DNA of 64,000 nt from an uncultured Chitinophagaceae bacterium (GTDB taxonomy: Bacteria; Bacteroidota; Bacteroidia; Chitinophagales; Chitinophagaceae). Shown in pieces: positions 54,994 through 64,000 of this stretch. Where the stretch lies: the NCBI GenBank assembly GCA_903881425.1, contig CAIRTF010000052.1:1705-65704 (forward strand), in the 5' to 3' direction. A program made the translations under genes and the position numbers. Positions within the stretch are counted from its first letter, which is position 1, and each line of letters opens with the position of its first letter. A model generated the notes under the pieces. That model had not been told where the DNA came from and did no database searches. It saw only the letters and a program-made list of their open reading frames with translations.

Positions 54994-55088
54994 AAAGAAC
55001 AATAAATATTTTAAAAAAAGATAAAAAAATTTTGGTGGTTATTATTTTGCGTTGAAATTTTACATCATCAAAAACTTATTAGAAATCT

Positions 55089-55517
55089 ATGGCAGCAAAA
55101 TCTGATAAGCCGAAAAAAGCAACAACACCTGCAATATCTGATGAAGATGTTGTAAAAAAGTCATCTGCAAAAAGCAAGAAACCAGTTGATGATGACGAAG
55201 ATGATTTTGAAGAAGAGGATGATTCTGTGCCTGCAAAAAAAGGCGCTGCAAAATCTTCTGCAAAAAAGTCGAACAATGATGACGACGACGATGCAGGAGA
55301 AGATGAAGTGGATGAATGGGAAAAACCCGGAGAAGACGAAGATGAATGGGATCCTGATTTTGATGAATTTGATATTCCTAAATCAAAAGGTAAAAAAGCC
55401 GCCGGACCAAAAAAGAAAGGTGATGATGACGATGACTTTAAAGTGGATGAAGACTTTAAAGAATTTGACATGTTCAATGACAAGGATGATTTTGATGACG
55501 AAGACGATGATTTTTAA
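55089..55517 (+). CDS. Low-complexity alternating basic/acidic protein (142 aa), probably intrinsically disordered
   Basis: ATG 55089 to TAA 55515-55517, co-oriented with purA and the pabB-like gene and ending 11 nt before the latter. By my count 55 D/E and 25 K, with no R. Confidence 0.55.
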   Translation: MAAKSDKPKKATTPAISDEDVVKKSSAKSKKPVDDDEDDFEEEDDSVPAKKGAAKSSAKKSNNDDDDDAGEDEVDEWEKPGEDEDEWDPDFDEFDIPKSKGKKAAGPKKKGDDDDDFKVDEDFKEFDMFNDKDDFDDEDDDF

Positions 55518-55528
55518 TCATCCAATGA

Positions 55529-56818
55529 ATGTCTATACGCACTTCTGCTACTTTTAAAGTTAGCAATTCACAAATATTTAAAACACAGATGTTGAATTGG
55601 GCAAACCGATTCAACATTTGTGTTTTATTGGATAATCATCAATACAGTTCTGATTATCATTCTGTAGAATGCTTGCTCGCTGTGCATTCTGTGAAACATG
55701 TTTCTGCTCTGGAAAATACATTGCAAGAAATTGATGCTTTCATTACCAAAACAAATGATTGGATATTTGGTCATGTTAATTATGATTTTAAAAATTATCT
55801 CGGACCAACACATTCAAATCATTTTGACGGGGTTCATTTTCCTGATCTTTTTTTATTTCAACCTGAAACAGTTATTGAATTAAAAAAAGATGAAGTAATT
55901 ATTTCCGGTTTGGATTTATTACCATCAACAACTTATCATTCAATTTTAGAACAGAAAGTCATTCACAATATTTCTTCATCATTTAATATTCAATCAAGAA
56001 TTTCCAAACAGGAATATATTAATATAATTAATCAATTAAAGCAGCACATCCTTCGCGGAGATTGTTATGAAATTAATTTTTGTCAGGAATTTTTTTCGGA
56101 TAAAGCAATCATTAATCCTATACAAACTTATCATCAGTTAGTAAGTATTTCTCCAACTCCTTTTGCATCTTATTATAAATGGAACGATGAATATTTATTA
56201 TGCGCAAGCCCGGAACGTTATCTAAAAAAAATGGGGAACAAAATCATTTCCCAACCCATTAAAGGAACTTATAAAAGAGATGTACTGGATTCTTTAAATG
56301 ATGAAAGATTAAAACAACAATTACAATCAAGCGAAAAAGAGAAAAGTGAGAATGTAATGATCGTTGACTTGGTTAGAAATGATCTCAGTAAAATTTGTAA
56401 AGAAGGTACTGTTGTAGCAGAAGCATTATTTGATATACAAAGTTTTCCGCAAGTGCATCAAATGGTATCTACAATTTCAGGTGAGTTAAAAGACGGAATT
56501 AATTTTACAGATATTTTGAAAGCCACTTTCCCAATGGGTTCTATGACAGGTGCGCCTAAGAAAAAAGTAATAGAATTAATTGAGCATTACGAAAAAACTA
56601 AAAGAGGAATTTATTCCGGCTGTGTAGGTTATATATCTCCCGATCGAGATTTTGATTTTAATGTAGTGATTAGAAGCATCATGTATAATCGATATGAAAA
56701 ATATTTAAGTTATCAAGTAGGAAGTGGCATCACTTTTAAAAGTAAGGCAGAAAATGAATACGAGGAATGTTTACTGAAAGCCGAAGCCATAAAAAAAGTG
56801 CTGCAAAGCAACACTTAA
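55529..56818 (+). CDS. pabB: Chorismate-binding enzyme, aminodeoxychorismate synthase component I-like
   Basis: C-terminal chorismate-binding domain (SPERYL, GSMTGAPK, RGIYSG). 429 aa. Confidence 0.75.
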   Translation: MSIRTSATFKVSNSQIFKTQMLNWANRFNICVLLDNHQYSSDYHSVECLLAVHSVKHVSALENTLQEIDAFITKTNDWIFGHVNYDFKNYLGPTHSNHFDGVHFPDLFLFQPETVIELKKDEVIISGLDLLPSTTYHSILEQKVIHNISSSFNIQSRISKQEYINIINQLKQHILRGDCYEINFCQEFFSDKAIINPIQTYHQLVSISPTPFASYYKWNDEYLLCASPERYLKKMGNKIISQPIKGTYKRDVLDSLNDERLKQQLQSSEKEKSENVMIVDLVRNDLSKICKEGTVVAEALFDIQSFPQVHQMVSTISGELKDGINFTDILKATFPMGSMTGAPKKKVIELIEHYEKTKRGIYSGCVGYISPDRDFDFNVVIRSIMYNRYEKYLSYQVGSGITFKSKAENEYEECLLKAEAIKKVLQSNT

Positions 56819-56841
56819 CTTAATTGGTTTTTTAGGAATAA

Positions 56842-57879
56842 TTATTTTGTACTTGCTGCACCTTCCAATAAATATTTAATAGATTGAATTAAGATATCAC
56901 CTTTCATTGATTGGAAAATTGCTACTCTGTCTTTAGGAATTCGCATTAAATACTTCTGTCCCTCTGCCAATGTTTTATCAAAACCGGGGTTCCATTTATT
57001 AAATTGATCAACATCTATCAATAAACTATTGGCAACAACAGAAGAATTATATCTGCCATTTATTTCTGCAATAACAGTATTGTTTATTTCATCTTCACTC
57101 AATGTTTCAGCAGCGGGAATATTGGCTAAATAAGTTTTTGTTTCTGCAGCAGTCATAGTAGTTATGCCTCCATTTCCTTCAAAGAAATAATGAGTAGCTA
57201 TAAATTTTTTAACGTGATTGCGTGTTTCTTCCTTCAAATAATATTGTAGTTCCCAGAAATCCCTGCTCCCCGATTTTTGAATGGCTTGTCTTACTCTACC
57301 CTCGCCGCCATTATAAGCAGCAATCACCAAAAGCCAATCACCAAACTCATCATATAATTCTTTCAATAATTTAGCTGCAACAAAAGTGCTTTTATAAAAA
57401 TCTTTTCTCTCATCAATGCCTCTTCCAACTCTAAGACCGAATCTTTTGGCTTCATAATCCATCAACTGCCAAGGCCCAACTGCACCGGCAGAAGAAACCA
57501 ATCCTGCACGAAGATCACTTTCAATCACACTTAAATATTTCATTTCTTTTGGAATGCCGTATTGTGTGAGTAGGTTGTCGTAAATACGGAAATAAGGTTT
57601 GCCCCAAGTTTTCATTTGTTCCAATTCCTTACCTTCTTTTCTTACATAATTCTCAACAAAGGAAATTGCCTTATTATTTAACTGAATAGAAGAAAATTTG
57701 GATGAGGCTAATTTCTCATCAGTACTGTCTTTTAAATTTAGATTGACGCGAACATTTTTAGCATTTGCGAAAGACATCATTGTCAAAACCAAAATGAAGA
57801 ATACTCCAAATTCAAATTTTGACTTCCAGGAAGTTCGTAGTCTATTGGTATAATTGCCAAACCATTTCATAAGCTTCAT
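56842..57879 (-). CDS. Lytic transglycosylase domain-containing protein
   Basis: SLT catalytic region (SVIESDLR...GAVGPWQLM...AYNGG), an N-terminal anchor and a C-terminal LysM-like segment. Confidence 0.8.
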   Translation of the reverse strand: MKLMKWFGNYTNRLRTSWKSKFEFGVFFILVLTMMSFANAKNVRVNLNLKDSTDEKLASSKFSSIQLNNKAISFVENYVRKEGKELEQMKTWGKPYFRIYDNLLTQYGIPKEMKYLSVIESDLRAGLVSSAGAVGPWQLMDYEAKRFGLRVGRGIDERKDFYKSTFVAAKLLKELYDEFGDWLLVIAAYNGGEGRVRQAIQKSGSRDFWELQYYLKEETRNHVKKFIATHYFFEGNGGITTMTAAETKTYLANIPAAETLSEDEINNTVIAEINGRYNSSVVANSLLIDVDQFNKWNPGFDKTLAEGQKYLMRIPKDRVAIFQSMKGDILIQSIKYLLEGAASTK

Positions 57880-57930
57880 TTCTTTTTGCAGCAGTTCGTT
57901 TGGAAAGCATCTTTTTGAAGATACTTGGCC

Positions 57931-59376
57931 TCAGTAAGAGTGTTGCTTGTATTGCATCATTTCTTTTGAGAGCGCCAACAAAGATACCTCATCAAAATGA
58001 GAAACCATAAGCTGTAGACCAAAAGGCATACCATTGCTGTGTTTGAAGAGAGGGATAGAAATCGCTGGTATTCCAACAAGATTAGCGAAGACTGTATAAA
58101 TGTCAGTCAGAAACATTTTAATAGGATCATCACTCTTCTCACCAATATTAAAAGCAGGAGCAGGAACGGTAGGAGAAAGAATTATATTATATGAAGAAAA
58201 GACTTGGTTTACTTGATCACTCAAAATCTTTCTAACTTGTTGAGCACGAGTAAAATAGGCGTCATAATAACCTGAACTAAGTACAAACGAGCCTAACATG
58301 ATCCTGCGCTTTACTTCATCACCAAAACCTTGGCTTCTGGTTTGCTTATAAAGCTCTGTCAAATCAGCATTTTTAGAAGCTGATTGATAGCCATATTTTA
58401 TCCCATCAAAGCGTGAAAGGTTGCTGGAAGCCTCTGCAGTTGTAAGAATATAGTAAGTTGGAACAACATATTCAAGTAGTTTAAAATCAATGGCTTCGAC
58501 AGAGTGGCCTTTTTTTGTTAAAATTTCAAAAAAGGCCTTAATTGAAGCCGAGATTTGAGGATCTAATGAAGGATGTTCCAATGCTTCTTTAAAATAAGCT
58601 ATTCGATATTTTTTAGAAGATCGATTAATTTCGTTGGAAAACTCGGGTACGATCTTATCAGAAACGGTACTATCAAAATTATCCTGTCCTGAAATTACTT
58701 CTAAACATAAAGCCGCATCATCCACATTATTGGCAAATATTCCAATTTGATCGAAGGAAGAGGCATAAGCGATTAAGCCATAGCGAGATACTCTTCCGTA
58801 GGTTGGTTTTAATCCAACCACTCCGCAATAATCTGCGGGTTGTCTAACTGAACCTCCGGTATCACTACCTAAACTGATCATACACATACCTGCTTGAACG
58901 GCAACAGCAGAACCACCGGATGAACCACCCGGAACTTTATTTTCATCGAGTCCGTTTCGTACAATTCCAAAAGCAGAATTTTCATTGCTGCTGCCCATTG
59001 CAAATTCATCGCAATTATTTCTTCCGATGATAATCGCACCTTCAGCTAATAATTTTTCAACAGCAGTTGCGTGGTATATAGAAGTAAATCCTTCGAGTAT
59101 TTTTGATGAAGCAGAAAGGTGATGCTCTTTATAAGCGATTACATCTTTCAAAGCAACAATGACGCCATATAATTTTCCGGTTGGCTTTCCTTCTTTTCTT
59201 TGTTGATCTAATTCTTTTGCCCGCTGAATGGCTTCATTTGCATAAACTTCTAAAAAAGCATTGAGGTGTTTATTTTTTTCAATAGCAGATAAATAGTGAA
59301 CAACTGCCACCTCGCAACCATCAGAATGATCTGCTAAAAATGAATGATATTCTTTTATTGAAGTAAATGAAAACAA
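57931..59376 (-). CDS. gatA: Asp-tRNA(Asn)/Glu-tRNA(Gln) amidotransferase subunit A
   Basis: Amidase signature (GGSSGGSAVAV) and GatA-like sequence throughout. Apparent TTG start at 59376. Confidence 0.9.
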   Translation of the reverse strand: MFSFTSIKEYHSFLADHSDGCEVAVVHYLSAIEKNKHLNAFLEVYANEAIQRAKELDQQRKEGKPTGKLYGVIVALKDVIAYKEHHLSASSKILEGFTSIYHATAVEKLLAEGAIIIGRNNCDEFAMGSSNENSAFGIVRNGLDENKVPGGSSGGSAVAVQAGMCMISLGSDTGGSVRQPADYCGVVGLKPTYGRVSRYGLIAYASSFDQIGIFANNVDDAALCLEVISGQDNFDSTVSDKIVPEFSNEINRSSKKYRIAYFKEALEHPSLDPQISASIKAFFEILTKKGHSVEAIDFKLLEYVVPTYYILTTAEASSNLSRFDGIKYGYQSASKNADLTELYKQTRSQGFGDEVKRRIMLGSFVLSSGYYDAYFTRAQQVRKILSDQVNQVFSSYNIILSPTVPAPAFNIGEKSDDPIKMFLTDIYTVFANLVGIPAISIPLFKHSNGMPFGLQLMVSHFDEVSLLALSKEMMQYKQHSY

Positions 59377-59399
59377 ATGCGGTATAGTTTAATTATTTA

Positions 59400-60248
59400 T
59401 TAACTCCACTCTTCTGCTTCTTCCTGTTTTTTCTTTTTTTCTACTCGCACACAAAGCAAAATACTTATTTCATATAAAATAACTAAGGGAATGCTGCAAA
59501 TAATAGTACTTAATATATCGGGTGGTGTAATAATAGATGTAACGACGGTAATAATTAATATAGCATGTTTGCGATATTTTTTCAAGAACGCAGAACTCAC
59601 AACATCAATTTTTGCAAGAAAGAATAATACCAATGGAAGCTGAAATGCAAGCCCACAACCAAGTATCAGAGGAACCATTGTATTAAAATAACTAGCGATA
59701 GTCCAAAAATTTTCGATATTATCATCTAGAGAAAAATTTGCAAAGAAATTAATGGTATAAGGCGCTATAAAAAAATAACCGAATAAAACACCAATAAAAA
59801 AAAGTAATGAAACCCAAAAGATGACACCTCGTGTTCTACTTAATTCATTTTTTTTCAAAGCAGGTTTGATAAATTTCCAAAACTGCCAGAATATGTAAGG
59901 AAACGCTATGATAAAACCACCAATCAAAATAATATTCAAATAAACATTGAACTGACCCGCTACAGCATTGCTTTGCATTTTTACATTGATCTTACTTAAG
60001 CAAAGTTTATCTCCCATACCTAAGTATTTTCCGAGTTTGCATAAATATTCGTAGGTAGGAAAATCGGGATGGGTGGGCCCCATCAATACTTTTTTTACAA
60101 TGAAATTATTGTAGACCGCCATTACAATGGCACCGGCTACTACTGCGAGGGCAGAACGAAATAAATGTTTTCTAAGCTCATCGATGTGATCCCAAAAAGA
60201 CATTTCTGCAGTTGATGCTGAAGTTGATTTTTTATTAAATAAACTCAT
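59400..60248 (-). CDS. tatC: Twin-arginine translocase subunit TatC
   Basis: Six-TM TatC pattern (MSFWDHIDELRKHL...). Confidence 0.9.
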   Translation of the reverse strand: MSLFNKKSTSASTAEMSFWDHIDELRKHLFRSALAVVAGAIVMAVYNNFIVKKVLMGPTHPDFPTYEYLCKLGKYLGMGDKLCLSKINVKMQSNAVAGQFNVYLNIILIGGFIIAFPYIFWQFWKFIKPALKKNELSRTRGVIFWVSLLFFIGVLFGYFFIAPYTINFFANFSLDDNIENFWTIASYFNTMVPLILGCGLAFQLPLVLFFLAKIDVVSSAFLKKYRKHAILIITVVTSIITPPDILSTIICSIPLVILYEISILLCVRVEKKKKQEEAEEWS

Positions 60249-60332
60249 TTACAAAAGCAATGAATGATTGGTTCTGGCAAACCAAAAACTGTAGAAATAA
60301 ATTAAGAAGAATGATAACAAAAAATATTTAAA

Positions 60333-60533
60333 CTAAGAATGAGAACTTTTATCAGTAGAATCCTCATTGATATGTCCTTCAATTTCTTTTTTTACATTAT
60401 CCTTTGCATCTTTAAATTCTCTGATTCCTTTACCTAAACCTCTCATCAATTCAGGTATTTTTTTTCCGCCAAAAAAAAGCAGAAATAATAATGCTATCCA
60501 AATCATATGCTGTGGTGCAAATAAATCTCCCAT
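60333..60533 (-). CDS. tatA: Twin-arginine translocase TatA/E family subunit
   Basis: TM helix followed by FGGKKIPELMRGLGKGIREFK. ATG at 60533. Confidence 0.85.
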   Translation of the reverse strand: MGDLFAPQHMIWIALLFLLFFGGKKIPELMRGLGKGIREFKDAKDNVKKEIEGHINEDSTDKSSHS

Positions 60534-60605
60534 AAAATAGATTTTAAGATTCAAAGGTAAGGTAAAGAATGCTTAACAAAATAAAATTACAAAGCACCGC
60601 TTCAA

Positions 60606-60644
60606 TAAAAAAGCGGAAGTTTTTACCTCTTCCGCTTTTTTTTA
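60606..60644. terminator. Bidirectional rho-independent terminator after rplS
   Basis: AAAAAGCGGAAG-tttttacct-CTTCCGCTTTTTTTT. Confidence 0.65.
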
Positions 60645-60657
60645 ATATATATAAAGA

Positions 60658-61008
60658 CTAAAATCTCTTTTCTTTGATACGTGCACTCTTACCACTACGC
60701 TCACGCAAATAGTACAATTTAGCACGACGAACTTTACCTGATTTATTCAATTGTATTGAATCGATATTAGGTGAGAAGAACGGAAATAAACGCTCAACAC
60801 CTACTCCATCAGATATTTTACGAACTGTGAAAGTAGCGGTGCTGCCTGTACCCTGCAATTTAACTACATCGCCACGGAAGCTTTGGATACGCTCTTTACC
60901 ACCTTCAATAATTTTATAGTTAACAGTGATATTATCTCCGGCTTTGAACTTCGGATAATCTTTCTTTGCTGTTAGCTGATCATGTACAAATTGAACTGCT
61001 GCGTTCAT
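60658..61008 (-). CDS. rplS: 50S ribosomal protein L19
   Basis: [28 protein letters not shown] is typical of L19. ATG at 61008; the track start is TTG. Confidence 0.95.
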   Translation of the reverse strand: MNAAVQFVHDQLTAKKDYPKFKAGDNITVNYKIIEGGKERIQSFRGDVVKLQGTGSTATFTVRKISDGVGVERLFPFFSPNIDSIQLNKSGKVRRAKLYYLRERSGKSARIKEKRF

Positions 61009-61077
61009 AATTTTAATTTTTGCGGACGGCAAAGGTAAGGGGTTATGCCGAATTATTTATCTTGATTTTGTTTTTTT

Positions 61078-62643
61078 TTATCTGGCTACATTTACAGCCC
61101 TCTTTTCACGGATCACTGTTACCTTAATTTGACCAGGATAAGTCATTTCTGTTTGAATCTTTTGCGCAATTTCAAAGCTTAGCTTATCACTATCACCATC
61201 AGTTACTTTATCCGCTTCCACAATCACACGTAATTCACGTCCGGCTTGAATTGCATATGCTTTTTCCACTCCCGGATAAGCCAACGCTAAATTCTCCAAA
61301 TCCTTGATTCTTTGCAAATATTGCTGCATGATCTCTCGTCTTGCTCCGGGTCTTGCACCACTAATAGCATCGCAAGCCTGGATGATAGGCGAAATCACAT
61401 ATTGCATCTCCATTTCATCATGATGCGCCCCAATGGCATTTACCACAGCAGGGTTTTCTCCATATTTTTCTGCCAGCTTAGCTCCTAATAATGCATGGCT
61501 TAATTCAGTTTCCTCATCAGGTACTTTACCAATATCATGTAATAAACCTGCACGTTTTGCCAATTTCACATTCATGCCCAATTCAGCTGCCATGATCGCA
61601 CATAAATTCGCTGTTTCTCTGCTGTGCATCAGTAAATTTTGACCGTAAGAAGAACGGAAACGCATCTTACCAACTATTCTTACTAATTCTTTATGCAATC
61701 CATGAATGCCTAATTCAATTACAGTTCTTTCGCCAATTTCCATTATTTGTTCTTCTAATTGCTTACGCGTTTTCTCTACCACTTCCTCAATACGTGCCGG
61801 ATGAATACGTCCATCAGCAACTAATCTTTGCAAACTCAATCTTGCTATTTCTCTCCTTAATGGATCGAATGAAGAAAGGATGATGGCTTCAGGTGTATCA
61901 TCAACAATCAAATCCACGCCGGTTGCAGCTTCTATAGCACGAATATTTCTTCCTTCACGACCAATGATTTGCCCTTTTATTTCATCTGTTTCTAAATTAA
62001 AAACAGTAACGGTGTTTTCAATGGTTTGTTCTGCCGCAGTTCTTTGAATAGATTGAATAACAATTTTTCTTGCTTCTTTATTGGCTTTTTGTTTGGCATC
62101 TTCAATAATCTCTTGTTGCAATGCCAACGCTTGAGTTTGGGCTTCTTGTTTTAAACTTTCGATTAACTGAGACTTGGCTTCTTCTGCTGAAAGATTAGCA
62201 ATTTTTTCTAAGCGACGGATATGTTCTTCCTGATGTTTCTCTAATTCAGTTCTTTTATGATTCACCACTTCTATCTGACGATTCAAATTTTCTTTGATCG
62301 CTTCATTTTCCTTAATCTGTTTATCAAGATTGCCTTCCTTTTGATTGATGGTGATTTCTTTCTGCTTAATACGACCTTCAGCATCAGATAATTTGCGGTT
62401 GCGGTCAAGCACTTCTTTATCATGCTCAGATTTCAATTGCACAAATCTTTCCTTGGCTTCCAGTTGCTTTTCCTTTTTAATGGTCTCAGCCCTGCTTTCA
62501 GCCTCTTTTAAAATAGTTTGTGCCTGTAATTCCGCTTCTTCAATTTGTTTTTTAGTGTTCTTAGCAAATAATAGTCTACCCGCTATAACACCCACAATTA
62601 GTGATATTACACCAATTATAATAGATATAACTGTTTGATCCAT
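61078..62643 (-). CDS. rny: Ribonuclease Y
   Basis: N-terminal TM helix, a coiled coil, a KH domain ([12 protein letters not shown]) and an HD domain (LLHDIGK). Confidence 0.95.
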   Translation of the reverse strand: MDQTVISIIIGVISLIVGVIAGRLLFAKNTKKQIEEAELQAQTILKEAESRAETIKKEKQLEAKERFVQLKSEHDKEVLDRNRKLSDAEGRIKQKEITINQKEGNLDKQIKENEAIKENLNRQIEVVNHKRTELEKHQEEHIRRLEKIANLSAEEAKSQLIESLKQEAQTQALALQQEIIEDAKQKANKEARKIVIQSIQRTAAEQTIENTVTVFNLETDEIKGQIIGREGRNIRAIEAATGVDLIVDDTPEAIILSSFDPLRREIARLSLQRLVADGRIHPARIEEVVEKTRKQLEEQIMEIGERTVIELGIHGLHKELVRIVGKMRFRSSYGQNLLMHSRETANLCAIMAAELGMNVKLAKRAGLLHDIGKVPDEETELSHALLGAKLAEKYGENPAVVNAIGAHHDEMEMQYVISPIIQACDAISGARPGARREIMQQYLQRIKDLENLALAYPGVEKAYAIQAGRELRVIVEADKVTDGDSDKLSFEIAQKIQTEMTYPGQIKVTVIREKRAVNVAR

Positions 62644-62788
62644 TTGTTCGAGATGTTTTAAAATAGTTCACAATCGATTTTTTTAACGCACATTTCATTT
62701 TTTGAAATATTTGGCGATAGTATGCGAAGATAATTAAAAACCCGACTGAAATGAAGGGCTGAGTGATTAATTATGAGATAGAAGAGCT

Positions 62789-63079
62789 TTACTGCTTCAA
62801 AGCCTTATCCAATAAGGATTCGAGGGCATTTAGTTTTTCTGCCTGACCAGATTGGAGAATAACTGAAGTACCAGCCTTATTCTGCTCCGTAGCAAACCAT
62901 AATAATACCATGGATACATAGTCCTGTAAATCCTTACCGGCAAAATTTGTTTTGAATTCCAGAATTTTGTCGTTGATGAGTTTTACGGTTTTGCGAACAG
63001 TTTCTTCATCAGTCGGATTGATCTTTAAACGATATGATCTGTCTGCAATTACAATATTTACAGGAATTAATTCTGCCAT
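62789..63079 (-). CDS. zapA: Cell division protein ZapA
   Basis: 96 aa with a ZapA-like N-terminus (VNIVIADRSYRLKI). Confidence 0.85.
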   Translation of the reverse strand: MAELIPVNIVIADRSYRLKINPTDEETVRKTVKLINDKILEFKTNFAGKDLQDYVSMVLLWFATEQNKAGTSVILQSGQAEKLNALESLLDKALKQ

Positions 63080-63080
63080 T

Positions 63081-63368
63081 TTATTCTGCCTTTATTAAAG
63101 ATATACAATGATCAATCTCTTTCAAATAACCGTCAATTCTTTTTTGTAAAGCCATTTTATCATCCGGATATAGTGTTCCTGCATTTAATTTTATTGCATC
63201 CATTTTTTGTTGAAGCGAAATAATTTCTTCTGATTTTTTTTGAACCGTTGCAACAGATTTTTCTAATTCTTTTTTCAATTGCACATTTTCTTTTTGCAAC
63301 AATTGATGCTGCTTTATCAACTGTTGTAACTTTTGATGAATATTATCTAACTGTGCTGTGTCAAGCAT
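63081..63368 (-). CDS. Hypothetical coiled-coil protein (ZapB-like position upstream of zapA)
   Basis: 95 aa with heptad-rich sequence. Ends 1 nt before the zapA start. Confidence 0.6.
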   Translation of the reverse strand: MLDTAQLDNIHQKLQQLIKQHQLLQKENVQLKKELEKSVATVQKKSEEIISLQQKMDAIKLNAGTLYPDDKMALQKRIDGYLKEIDHCISLIKAE

Positions 63369-63383
63369 TTTTTTGAATTAAAA

Positions 63384-64000
63384 TTACTTTCTTATTTCAG
63401 CCGTTAATTCTTTTTCAAATCCTTGAATCAATTTATTGATCATCGAATCAATCTCTTTATCCGTCAATGTTTTTTCTTCATCCAAAAAAGTAAAATTCAA
63501 TGCCATTGATTTTTTATTGACACCAATCTTATCACTTTCAAAAACATCGAATAATCGAATTGATTGTAATTTAGGCAGCTTGGTTTTTTTAATAACCGAT
63601 TCTAACATTTCATATGTAGTAGCTCTGTCAACCACCAAGGCCAGATCTCTTTGCACTGCCGGAAATTTTGCTACTTCTTTATATACGATCTTTTGTTTTT
63701 GAACCAATTTTAATAACAATTCATAATTCAAATCAATGAAATAAACCGTTTGCTTTATATCAAAAACATTCAATTGTTTTTTAGATACTTCTTTCAATAA
63801 ACCTATCTTATTTTTTCCTGTAACAAGATCAACGCTTAATGAATTTTCTTCTGATTTTTGAAAATGAATATCATCCAATCCGCTTAAAACTAACAATGCG
63901 TTCGCAATACCTTTTGCTGCATAAAAATCTTGTTGCTGACTTTTCTCTTTCCAATCATCTTCATGTGTAAGGCCGGTAATATATAATGACAAATGTTCTT
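63384..64000 (-). CDS. pheT: Phenylalanine--tRNA ligase beta subunit, C-terminal part (5' end outside window)
   Basis: Frame is open to the window edge. C-terminal FDX-ACB domain (FPAVQRDLALVVD...SIRLFDVF). Confidence 0.9.
   Translation of the reverse strand, partial: EHLSLYITGLTHEDDWKEKSQQQDFYAAKGIANALLVLSGLDDIHFQKSEENSLSVDLVTGKNKIGLLKEVSKKQLNVFDIKQTVYFIDLNYELLLKLVQKQKIVYKEVAKFPAVQRDLALVVDRATTYEMLESVIKKTKLPKLQSIRLFDVFESDKIGVNKKSMALNFTFLDEEKTLTDKEIDSMINKLIQGFEKELTAEIRK

Noticed and set aside
55079-55557. Ser-rich minus-strand ORF (55079-55483) and Met/Lys-rich +2-frame ORF (55186-55557) overlapping the acidic protein ORF
   Set aside because: GAT/GAA/AAA-rich repeats keep several frames open. 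The + frame at 55089 matches the flanking gene orientation and spacing. The +2 ORF would run into the pabB-like start, and the minus ORF has no supporting context. The frame choice remains provisional.
62644-62788. 6S RNA (ssrS) downstream of zapA, as in E. coli
   Set aside because: The gap is only 145 nt. I could not find the long closing stem and central bubble of 6S RNA; only short, weak hairpins are present.

Overview
AT-rich chromosomal window from a Bacteroidota genome. The phylum call rests on the fused lpxC/fabZ gene, a PorX-type REC+PglZ regulator, DUF3098 following ftsX, the long N-terminal extension on AtpB, and the absence of Shine-Dalgarno sequences. Gene content is almost entirely housekeeping: clpP-clpX; a lipid A cluster (HD protein, lpxD, lpxC/fabZ, lpxA); tsaE; recQ, ruvB, ruvC and greA; leuS; ftsX-DUF3098-uppP; rsmA/pdxA; atpBEFHA; an RSH (relA/spoT) gene; purA; a pabB-like gene; gatA; tatA/tatC; rplS; rny; zapA; and the 3' end of pheT. 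I found no tRNA, rRNA, CRISPR array, transposase, integrase or recognisable defence island, and no convincing novel multi-gene system. The ORF track prints M for TTG and GTG starts, so I re-assigned many starts to the first plausible ATG by checking the nucleotides. Points worth a second look: (1) a dispersed ~45-nt intergenic repeat family with core GTGCGACGCAAC, five copies, all co-oriented with the downstream gene; (2) a copA-like P-type ATPase broken by one in-frame TAA; (3) a TTGACTA heptamer array that fills an entire intergenic gap inside an uncharacterised five-gene ABC-2/LolA-like cassette; (4) a 142-aa alternating basic/acidic low-complexity protein ending in an SSB-tail-like motif; (5) a terminator-like hairpin in the greA leader; (6) a long structured spacer between the leuS stop and its terminator; (7) a membrane protein with no canonical start codon; (8) several convergent gene pairs whose stop codons abut.
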